Positions 20,021 through 27,544 of a stretch of DNA of 64,000 bases are shown here, one piece after another (position 1 is the first letter of the stretch; each line of letters opens with the position of its first letter). The translations under genes and the position numbers were made by a program. The DNA is from a bacterium (lineage in GTDB: Bacteria > Patescibacteriota > Patescibacteriia > HK-STAS-PATE-3): NCBI GenBank assembly GCA_043800725.1, contig JAZDMR010000015.1:68065-132064 (forward strand), read 5' to 3'. The notes under the pieces were generated by a model. That model was not told the DNA's origin. It saw only the letters and a list, made by a program, of their open reading frames with translations, and ran no database searches.

Positions 20021-21030
20021 CCATCGCTTTATTAACAGGGACCTACTCAAAGTTTTCCGGTATTGACCGGGTTGTTGAGAGGCAGGCCGATCAGCTGATC
20101 CGGGAAGGCCATCAGGTTACCGTGGTTTGTTTTGACGGAGACATCCAGTCAGATCGCTATCGGATTATTAAACTGGGCATGCCCAATTCTTTGTTAGGAC
20201 AGAGAATATATCGATTGTGTATTTTTTGCCTGTCACCCAAGGCGATATCCAAAGCAATGACCGAGATTAGAAAAGTTGATAAGGTTTACAGTCACCAATA
20301 TCCCATGAATTGTTTGGCTATAAGCATGAAACAGCAGTGGTCGACCAGGTATGTTTATTATAATCATGGGGTTCCGCCGGCAAGGTTTTTTTCAAGCAAT
20401 GCGGAAAAACTATACATTTGGATTTTTCGCTGGCTGACCAATCGATCTGTCAAAAAAGCCGATGAAGTTATTTCAATCAGCCAGTATTTGCGCGATGTGC
20501 TGAAAAAAGAAACGAACCTGGATTCCCGGGTTATGCCTGATCAAATTGACGAGGTTCGTTTCAACAAAAATATCACTGACCAGTCAATTAGACAAAAGCT
20601 GTCTTTGGGTGACGGCCCGGTATTTTTAAGCGTGGGTAGAATTTCGCCGCATAAAGGTTGGCATCTTTTAATAAGTGCCTTTAATCAAGTGAAGCAGCAA
20701 TTGCTCAAGGCGCAATTAATCATAGTGGGAAAACCCACCTTTCCCGGATATCTGGACAAATTAAAAAAGATGTCCCAAGGAAGCGTGCATTTTGTTGGTT
20801 TTGTTTCGGATGAAGACTTACCAAAATATTATTCCAGCTGCGACTGCTATGTCACGGCTAGCTTATGGGAAGGATTTAATCTGCCTTTGGCTGAGGCTCA
20901 GGCTATGGGCAAGCCAGTAGTGGCTTTTAATCTGGGGCCGCATCCGGAGGTGGCAAAAAATGGTTTACTGGTAGAGCCTTTGAATACTGAGGCTTTTGCC
21001 CAGGCAATGATTCAACAGATTAAAAAATAA
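20017..21030 (+). CDS. Glycosyltransferase family 4
   Basis: VGRISPHKG, SLWEGFNLPLAEAQAMGKP. Confidence 0.92.
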   Translation: MTIALLTGTYSKFSGIDRVVERQADQLIREGHQVTVVCFDGDIQSDRYRIIKLGMPNSLLGQRIYRLCIFCLSPKAISKAMTEIRKVDKVYSHQYPMNCLAISMKQQWSTRYVYYNHGVPPARFFSSNAEKLYIWIFRWLTNRSVKKADEVISISQYLRDVLKKETNLDSRVMPDQIDEVRFNKNITDQSIRQKLSLGDGPVFLSVGRISPHKGWHLLISAFNQVKQQLLKAQLIIVGKPTFPGYLDKLKKMSQGSVHFVGFVSDEDLPKYYSSCDCYVTASLWEGFNLPLAEAQAMGKPVVAFNLGPHPEVAKNGLLVEPLNTEAFAQAMIQQIKK

Positions 21031-22110
21031 ATGACTGATAAAATCCTAATTATTAGCCCAAGCTTCCCGCCCTTTTCTAGCGGTGCGGCAATTTATTATT
21101 CCAGCATTCTTCAGGGGAACAAAAATAAAGAATCTATTATTACGCTTACCACCAGGTCAGAAAAGTTTATCGAGCCGGATGAGCATATTTTAATATATCG
21201 AGTAATTCCCAATTTTATTGAAAAAAATATATTTCTTAGATTATTGATTTTACCTTGGATGACTTTAATGCAGGTTTCTAGACTAAAGATAAAACATAAA
21301 ATTACGCATTTACAGGCCCACTCTAGTACCGCTATCACTCTGGGGGCAATTTTCGCCAGTAGATTATTTAATATCCCGATTACCTATGATGTCCAAGATT
21401 GCCAGGCTCCCATCAGAATATTGAAGCTAGGCTATCAGCCTAGGTATTTATGCACTGGCAACTATGTGGCCGAGCTATTAAAGCAAAAAGGGATAAACCA
21501 AACCAAAATAAAAATAGTACCGACTTTGCCGCCCGGTATCTTGCCGGAAAAGCCGTTACCCTTAAAACAGCAAATATTTGTATTTGTCGGACAGCTGAAC
21601 ATCAAAGGCAAGGGGATTGATATTCTGCTAAAAAGTTTTGGGCTTTTATTGCATGATTATCCGCAGGCAAAATTATGGATAATCGGACAGGGACGCGACA
21701 GAAAAAAAATTGTCCAATTAATTTATTTAGCCGGAATTGGGCCAAACATTACCATGTTTGACAATATGCCTTTAGATAAAACGCTAGATAGAATAAGCCA
21801 AGCTAGCGCTCTAATACTTCCCTCACGAAGCGAAGCGCAGCCCAGGGTAATTGTCGAGGCTTTTGCTGCAGGAACGCTGGTCATTGCCACGCGGGTAGGA
21901 GGAATTCCAGAGCTAATGGGCAAGTCGGAAAGAGGCGTATTAATAGAACTGAATGACATATACGGACTTCATAAGGCTATGATCGATGTTTTAAAAAATC
22001 CTGAACAATACCAGTCAGCGATCCGGGCAGGCAAGCAATATGTGGCTGGATTACCCAGCTGGTCCGAGCTTCAGAAGCAGATCTGGGAATTTGTTGTTCG
22101 AAACGTTTAA
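21031..22110 (+). CDS. Glycosyltransferase family 4
   Basis: KGIDILL, PSRSEAQPRVIVEAFAAG, VGGIPE. Confidence 0.9.
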   Translation: MTDKILIISPSFPPFSSGAAIYYSSILQGNKNKESIITLTTRSEKFIEPDEHILIYRVIPNFIEKNIFLRLLILPWMTLMQVSRLKIKHKITHLQAHSSTAITLGAIFASRLFNIPITYDVQDCQAPIRILKLGYQPRYLCTGNYVAELLKQKGINQTKIKIVPTLPPGILPEKPLPLKQQIFVFVGQLNIKGKGIDILLKSFGLLLHDYPQAKLWIIGQGRDRKKIVQLIYLAGIGPNITMFDNMPLDKTLDRISQASALILPSRSEAQPRVIVEAFAAGTLVIATRVGGIPELMGKSERGVLIELNDIYGLHKAMIDVLKNPEQYQSAIRAGKQYVAGLPSWSELQKQIWEFVVRNV

Positions 22111-22113
22111 ATC

Positions 22114-22296
22114 ATGGAAGTACTTTATTGGCCAGCTCAAAAAATCGAATTATTTTTAAACTGGCTGAGTCCAGACAGCCTGCAATCATTTATTCCGTTG
22201 ATTAGCTTGGTGCTTGGTGTAATCGTTGATGCTGTGCTGGCGTACTGGCTGCTGGTATGGCTTTTTAATACCGGAAAACCTGGTAATAAGGAATAG
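22114..22296 (+). CDS. Small membrane protein (tentative)
   Basis: ATG 3 bp after the upstream stop; one long hydrophobic helix; 3' end overlaps the convergent gene. Confidence 0.4.
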   Translation: MEVLYWPAQKIELFLNWLSPDSLQSFIPLISLVLGVIVDAVLAYWLLVWLFNTGKPGNKE

Positions 22297-23797
22297 CCTC
22301 GGATAGACCAGGCACTTGGACAGAGCGCTGACTGGCATAAACAGGTGTAAATAAATTTCTATCCTGGAACTTTTGTAGTTTTTCAAGTGAGTAATACTGG
22401 TATGTCCAATGAGAAATTACTATATAATCAAATTCATTTTTATTAAGAAAATCTTGAGATTGATCAGAGTCGCCCAGTATTACTTGTGAGACAATCGGCC
22501 AGTCTCTGGTATCGGCCACTCTCAAATTGGTTAATTCAAAACTATTCATGGGCGTTAAACCCCCCAGGGTTGACAAATACAGCAAGCTGATAGGATCTGA
22601 TATCACTTTTCCAGGCGCAAGTAGCGATTTTATGTTTGTCAGCTCAATAACTTCGTCAGGATCAAGCGGATCACTTAGAGGGGCATGCTGATCAGATAAT
22701 AAATTTGTAATCATTGGGGGAATAATAACCAAAATCAGTAACAACCAAATTAATGATTTTGATAATCTGGACGAATTAAACGTATTTATCAGAAAAGCGG
22801 CTCCCAAGCCAACCAAGGCTGATATTGGAATAATTAAAAGCATAAAGTTGCGTTCTGGCAAAAAGGAATAACCGCCAAACTCTTGAGCGGAAAAAAGTGC
22901 GGCTGTTATTAACCAGCATAATAAGATTACTTGGTTAAAAGCAAGTTTCTTTTGTGCGGTAGAGAGAATTAAAGCAATAAATCCAAGCCCTGATAAAATT
23001 ATGATTGCCGGAGTGAATATTTCAGAGACCAGTGCGATAAAACTATTAGTAGATGTTTGAAAAGAACTATCGCTTGGATTAATGGGAAAAGAGCTGGTAA
23101 ATACTGCCGTATAATTTAATAGTAAAAAAATACCACTCGCCAGAAAAATTGCGCCCAAATAATTAAGATATTTATTTTGTTTAGTATGGATTAATCCCAA
23201 AATACAAAACAGCACCAACAGACCCAAGAAAAAAGGTGCCGAGGGTATATGATTTCCCCAGATGGCGATTATGGCAATCAACAGAAAAAAGTAATCGGCT
23301 ATTTTGTGTTTTGTGTTTTTTAATAGAATTATTATTGTGGAAAATAATAAGATTAAAGCAAACAAGCGAGGCAATAAGTAAACAAAACCGGAATCAAAAA
23401 ATAATAAAAATGATGCAGCCGTTGCCAGGATGGAAAAGTTGGATTTGAGATAATATTTCAGCAACAAGTAGATTAAAATGGTCCAGATCAGAGAAAACAA
23501 GACATTAAAAATTGGGTAAAAAGAAGCCAAATCCAATGCTGACCAATTGGCAATAGCCGCCGAAGTTAAATGAAAAAAACTGCCATAGCTATAATGGGTT
23601 AAATTATCATTGGTGGGGGAGTAGGTCGGAATTGAATTAGTATCGATTATTTCCTGGCTAAACCAGGTATGAAACAATAAATCGCCGCCTTGTTGATAAG
23701 GTGCTTTGGCGATAACCACCAGATGCAGCGCTAAAACAAGCAATAAAAGACCGATAAGACCCAGGTGTTTGAAGGTTTTTGATAGTAGTAAGCTCAT
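22265..23797 (-). CDS. Polytopic membrane protein, GT-C-like glycosyltransferase (paralog of 13113..14660)
   Basis: GGDLLFH after TM1, ~12 TM, PERN, KVISDP, FDYIVI. Confidence 0.6.
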   Translation of the reverse strand: MSLLLSKTFKHLGLIGLLLLVLALHLVVIAKAPYQQGGDLLFHTWFSQEIIDTNSIPTYSPTNDNLTHYSYGSFFHLTSAAIANWSALDLASFYPIFNVLFSLIWTILIYLLLKYYLKSNFSILATAASFLLFFDSGFVYLLPRLFALILLFSTIIILLKNTKHKIADYFFLLIAIIAIWGNHIPSAPFFLGLLVLFCILGLIHTKQNKYLNYLGAIFLASGIFLLLNYTAVFTSSFPINPSDSSFQTSTNSFIALVSEIFTPAIIILSGLGFIALILSTAQKKLAFNQVILLCWLITAALFSAQEFGGYSFLPERNFMLLIIPISALVGLGAAFLINTFNSSRLSKSLIWLLLILVIIPPMITNLLSDQHAPLSDPLDPDEVIELTNIKSLLAPGKVISDPISLLYLSTLGGLTPMNSFELTNLRVADTRDWPIVSQVILGDSDQSQDFLNKNEFDYIVISHWTYQYYSLEKLQKFQDRNLFTPVYASQRSVQVPGLSEAIPYYQVFRY

Positions 23798-23807
23798 GCT
23801 ATGCTAA

Positions 23808-23836
23808 AGACTAGCATTGAATATTTAGACCGACAA
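23808..23836 (-). promoter_or_regulatory. Putative sigma70 promoter, near-leaderless
   Basis: Minus strand TTGTCG-17-TAGTCT with TGn, 10 nt before ATG 23797. Confidence 0.5.
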
Positions 23837-23841
23837 CACAC

Positions 23842-24921
23842 GTGAACAAGGTTCTCATAGTCCACAATCAGCTTCCTGAATACCGACGGCGCTTTTTTCA
23901 GCTATTAGGACATCTTTATAAGGTTGAGCTTTTTATCACTGAGCAAAAGCCGGATTCGTTCCAAAACGTTGAAGGAGTTGAAATTTGCCAAGATTCGGGA
24001 TTGGGCTTATCAGCCCTAAGAAAAAGGCTGGATAAAAAAGACTATCAAGCAGTAGTAACGGGAAATTGGGATACTTATAAAAGATTTATCGAATATTTGA
24101 CAGTTTGGTGGAAGTCACGGCGCATGGGGATTCCTTGCGTAGTTTGGTCGGAAGAATGGCAGTGGCAGTTCAGCTTTGCGAGAAAAATGATGAGTCCGGT
24201 AATTGCTATAACAGTCAAACAAGTAGAAGCGGTGGTGGTACCAGGAGAGAGAAGTAAAAAACATTTTCTTAATATGGGTGTGCTGGGATCAAGAGTATTC
24301 ACAGCTCCAAATGCCAGTCAATTGCCTACAAATTCAGAAGATATTTTACAGCCCGACAAGGTGCGGATTATTTGTTTAGCCAGATTTATTCCCAGGAAAG
24401 GAATTGATATTCTTTGCCGGGCTTTTTCTAAAATCGATTGCGACGCTCAGTTAGTGCTGATGGGTAATGATGATCCGGATCATCCTGGTTATCGGGAAAA
24501 AATTCAATCACTGGTCAATCAGCTAGGAATGACTGAGCGAGTAATAATCAGCCATGCACCATCGAATAGAAGCGAAATGGCCGTAGAAATCTCAAAAGGC
24601 AGCATTGTGGTGGTGCCTTCATTAAATAAGCCAATGGGTGAGCCCTGGGGACTTATTGTCAACGAAGCTATGCAATTAAGCAAGCCGATAATTGTCAGTG
24701 ATGCCGTGGGGTCAGGGGAAGACTTGGTGCAGCATGGAGTAAATGGTTTTGTGGTGCCTGCCGGTCAGGTAGAACCTCTGGCCAAAGCGATAGAGAAAAT
24801 TTGCAGTAATGAATCTTTAATCAAAGTATATGGCAAGCGGTCTAAAGAAATAATTGCATTGAACAGTTATAACGGGATGGCAGAGGGCTTTAGTAAAGCA
24901 TTGGATAAGGTCTTATCTTGA
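23842..24921 (+). CDS. Glycosyltransferase family 4
   Basis: RFIPRKG, EPWGLIVNEAM, SDAVG; GTG start. Confidence 0.9.
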   Translation: MNKVLIVHNQLPEYRRRFFQLLGHLYKVELFITEQKPDSFQNVEGVEICQDSGLGLSALRKRLDKKDYQAVVTGNWDTYKRFIEYLTVWWKSRRMGIPCVVWSEEWQWQFSFARKMMSPVIAITVKQVEAVVVPGERSKKHFLNMGVLGSRVFTAPNASQLPTNSEDILQPDKVRIICLARFIPRKGIDILCRAFSKIDCDAQLVLMGNDDPDHPGYREKIQSLVNQLGMTERVIISHAPSNRSEMAVEISKGSIVVVPSLNKPMGEPWGLIVNEAMQLSKPIIVSDAVGSGEDLVQHGVNGFVVPAGQVEPLAKAIEKICSNESLIKVYGKRSKEIIALNSYNGMAEGFSKALDKVLS

Positions 24922-24996
24922 TTAAAGCAATTAAAAAAATCAGGCGATATAAATAACTTCTAACTGACTTTAGTTAGGGATGTTTAAACTATACTA

Positions 24997-25216
24997 ACGC
25001 CACTTAAGTGGCTTGGAAAGTATTCAAACTGCTTTCTCCGCCATTTAGCGGTGGTATTTAGAAAATAGCCTTCAAACTGACTTTAGTCAGGTGGGCTGAA
25101 AATTATACTAACGCCACTTAAGTGGCTAAGAAGATTATTTTAGTTTGACTTTTTGTTCAAATAGCAGTGGTAGTCAGGAAGTTACTTTCTAACTGACTTT
25201 AGTCAGGTGGGCTTAA
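24997..25216 (+). repeat. Left 220-bp direct repeat (REP-like array)
   Basis: GCCACTTAAGTGGC at 24999 and 25113; CTGACTTTAGTCAG at 25077 and 25193 (variant at 24964). Matches 25827..26151 apart from 3 substitutions and the 105-bp insert. Confidence 0.95.
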
Positions 25217-25721
25217 TTATTGCTTCATAATCAAGAGAAATAACTGATTTAATATATTCATCCACGGTTATTTTGTCTAATCTTTTTATTAGAGATTGAT
25301 AACTAGAAAAAGGATAATTTTCTAGTTCTATTAAAGTTTTAACTTCTTTATGTTTTAATGGATTACCGACAACATAACCTCTAATTTTAGCAAGTAGCTC
25401 ATCGTTCTTGATTAAGTAAATATGATATTCTCCCCATACTGGTTTTTTGTTGCTGGTCATTTTATTCAGACTATAAGCAGATCCCCCATTAATTAATTTT
25501 AGTATCTTTGGGATAGTATTGCCTACTTTGAAATATGAAATTAAATGATAGTGGTTAGAGATGATACTAAAATCAAAATCAGAAAGTTGAAAACTCGACT
25601 GTATCTCACTCAGCCTAGATAAAATAATAGATTTTTTCTCAAAAGTGTTAAAAAATTTAGTATGATGAGTAGTTGGTACTGTAATGAAGTAATATGAATT
25701 ATCTGAAAATAATCTAGACAT
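25203..25721 (-). CDS. REP-associated tyrosine transposase (Y1_Tnp / IS200-like HUH endonuclease)
   Basis: YYFIT N-terminal strand, HUH motif NHYH, VW, and catalytic-Tyr helix GYVVGNPLKH followed by YPFSS. Confidence 0.88.
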   Translation of the reverse strand: MSRLFSDNSYYFITVPTTHHTKFFNTFEKKSIILSRLSEIQSSFQLSDFDFSIISNHYHLISYFKVGNTIPKILKLINGGSAYSLNKMTSNKKPVWGEYHIYLIKNDELLAKIRGYVVGNPLKHKEVKTLIELENYPFSSYQSLIKRLDKITVDEYIKSVISLDYEAIIKPT

Positions 25722-25826
25722 ACGATGTAAGATAAAAATATTATTTATAATATTATATTAAAGTATTGTCTTATTCGCCTTTATTATGCAGATTTAATTT
25801 TATAGGGCTGTGCCTTATATACCCCT

Positions 25827-26151
25827 ACGCCACTTAAGTGGCTTGGAAAGTATTCAAACTGCTTTCTCCGCCATTTAGCGGTGGTATTTAGAAAATAGCC
25901 TTCTAACTGACTTTCCCGCTACAGCTGTTTTTGAAAATAATAGTGGGACCTCCCGCTCTAGCGGGACCCCGCTCTCCTAAAAGTATATAGCTCTGTGGCG
26001 GTGGCCGCTTCGCGGTGGCAGTCAGATGGGCTTAAAATTATACTAACGCCACTTAAGTGGCTAAGAAGATTATTTTAGTTTGACTTTTTGTTCAAATAGC
26101 AGTGGTAGTCAGGAAGTTACTTTCTAACTGACTTTAGTCAGGTGGGCTTAA
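25827..26151 (+). repeat. Right copy of the direct repeat (220 bp plus 105-bp insert)
   Basis: GCCACTTAAGTGGC at 25829 and 26048; CTGACTTT/AGTCAG split at 25914/26020; intact CTGACTTTAGTCAG at 26128; degenerate palindrome at 26163. Confidence 0.95.
25915..26019. repeat. 105-bp GC-rich multi-hairpin insert (putative miniature non-autonomous element)
   Basis: Absent from the left repeat. Contains TCCCGCT-CT-AGCGGGA (25951-25966), CCGC-TTC-GCGG (26005-26015), three CCCGCT starts and GCGGTGGC twice. Confidence 0.8.
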
Positions 26152-26233
26152 ATTATGCTTATGCTACTGAAAGTGGCTAGGAAAATTCTTAAGTCAGGAA
26201 AGCTAAGGCTTTAAAAAATAACCTTATCTTGAT

Positions 26234-27121
26234 TCAGGCAATCAGGAAAATTCCGGAGATTATTAAAAAAATCGCAATAAATTTTTGTGCTGCAATTTTA
26301 CGATTTACTTGCTCAGTTAAAAAATTCGGTTTCCATTTTGATAGAATTATTGTCCATAAAAAAACAAACAAATACTGGATAGTAACAACTGAAGAGGCCA
26401 AGGAGACAAACCAAACTGATACGGCTAAGGTAAAAAGAACAGATGCAATTTGGGAGTTAGTTTCAGAAAGAGTATAAAGCCAGGCTCCTTTCCAGCCTTT
26501 AATTTTTAATGTTTGGTTAAATGATTTTATGTGACGATGAAATAATATTAATCCCAAGAAGCCGGCAAAAAAGGTAAACCAGGCATAGACTGTCCAAAAT
26601 GAGTAAAATTCAAGCAGATATTTGCTAAGGATGTTGTAAATGGCCACGGATAAGGCAGAAATAATCATCAAGCCCAAAGCCCTGCTTCTTAATAAAGCAG
26701 CCAGGCTTTGCTTAAACATGATTAATAAGGAGCCAATTACGATAATGGCAATGCCCAGATAGACTTGAAAAGAAAATATCTCGTGTAAAAAAATTGCGCC
26801 AAAAATTGTTACAAAAACTGGAACCAAAGCAAACAAAGGAACCACCCGTGACATTTCTTCAATCTTAGCAGAGGCAAAATAAGTATAGCCCATGACTAAC
26901 CAGAAAATTGCAGCCGTGATCATCAATAACTTGTGTTCAATTAAAATTGGCTCTTGGAAAAAGAACAGAACAGTTCCGCCGAAGATAATATGAATTATGC
27001 TGACCAAAACGTAAAGCTGGCCAATATTGGTGAGATGTTTAGTGACGACAGTTTTATCCAGGATATTGGTAATTGACCAAAGAAAGCCAGATACCAGCGA
27101 TAAAATAAGTCCCAGGGTCAT
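26234..27121 (-). CDS. EamA/DMT-family transporter
   Basis: Ten TM in two repeats; PVFVTIFGAIFLHE. Confidence 0.85.
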   Translation of the reverse strand: MTLGLILSLVSGFLWSITNILDKTVVTKHLTNIGQLYVLVSIIHIIFGGTVLFFFQEPILIEHKLLMITAAIFWLVMGYTYFASAKIEEMSRVVPLFALVPVFVTIFGAIFLHEIFSFQVYLGIAIIVIGSLLIMFKQSLAALLRSRALGLMIISALSVAIYNILSKYLLEFYSFWTVYAWFTFFAGFLGLILFHRHIKSFNQTLKIKGWKGAWLYTLSETNSQIASVLFTLAVSVWFVSLASSVVTIQYLFVFLWTIILSKWKPNFLTEQVNRKIAAQKFIAIFLIISGIFLIA

Positions 27122-27126
27122 GGAGG

Positions 27127-27513
27127 TTATTTATTATTTACGATTGGTGAGACTGACTTACGTTTGACTATCCAAATCAAGCCGCCAATGACAATCAAGC
27201 CCAGAGTTGAAATAATGCTGGTACTGGTTGTTAGCGGTACGCCAACCTTGTTTAGCAAAAATAATAACAGCGGAACCAAAGCCATTGACAGGACAACTGA
27301 TAGAGCATAGCGTTCAATTGCGATAAAGGTTTTTTTGGGATAAAGCGCGCCCAGCCAAACATAGCCTGGCAAAAAAAGGACCATAAAAAAGCCGAACGAT
27401 AAACGAAAAGCTTGGCTAATCGGCAGCCAGATTAATGAGATTAGGGCGATCACCGAAAGTGCGATTACTACGCTTATTACCTGTTTCCAATAGTTGGTTG
27501 GTTGCTGATCCAT
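27127..27513 (-). CDS. DUF1616-like membrane protein
   Basis: VLFLPGY...ERYALSVVLS motif; start taken at MDQQ. Confidence 0.7.
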   Translation of the reverse strand: MDQQPTNYWKQVISVVIALSVIALISLIWLPISQAFRLSFGFFMVLFLPGYVWLGALYPKKTFIAIERYALSVVLSMALVPLLLFLLNKVGVPLTTSTSIISTLGLIVIGGLIWIVKRKSVSPIVNNK

Positions 27514-27544
27514 ACATTGCAAAATTACCATGTTGTTATCTAGA

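Larger units (their letters stand above)
24958..26180. mobile_element. RAYT/TnpA-REP-type element: Y1 HUH transposase flanked by palindromic repeat arrays
   Basis: AT-rich Y1 transposase between two convergent genes, bracketed by near-identical 220-bp direct repeats containing REP-like palindromes. Confidence 0.8.

Noticed and set aside
25203-25721. IS605-type element with tnpB/omegaRNA
   Set aside because: No TnpB/IscB ORF is adjacent; only the Y1 gene is present.
25915-26030. tRNA or known ncRNA in the GC-rich hairpin insert
   Set aside because: No cloverleaf, T-loop (GTTCRA) or CCA end, and no recognisable riboswitch consensus.
24958-26180. CRISPR array interpretation of the periodic repeats
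   Set aside because: There are no cas genes. The inter-repeat segments are duplicated between the two sides and resemble each other (AGCGGTGGTA/AGCAGTGGTA), and the ~115-bp period and Y1 transposase fit a REP-type array better.
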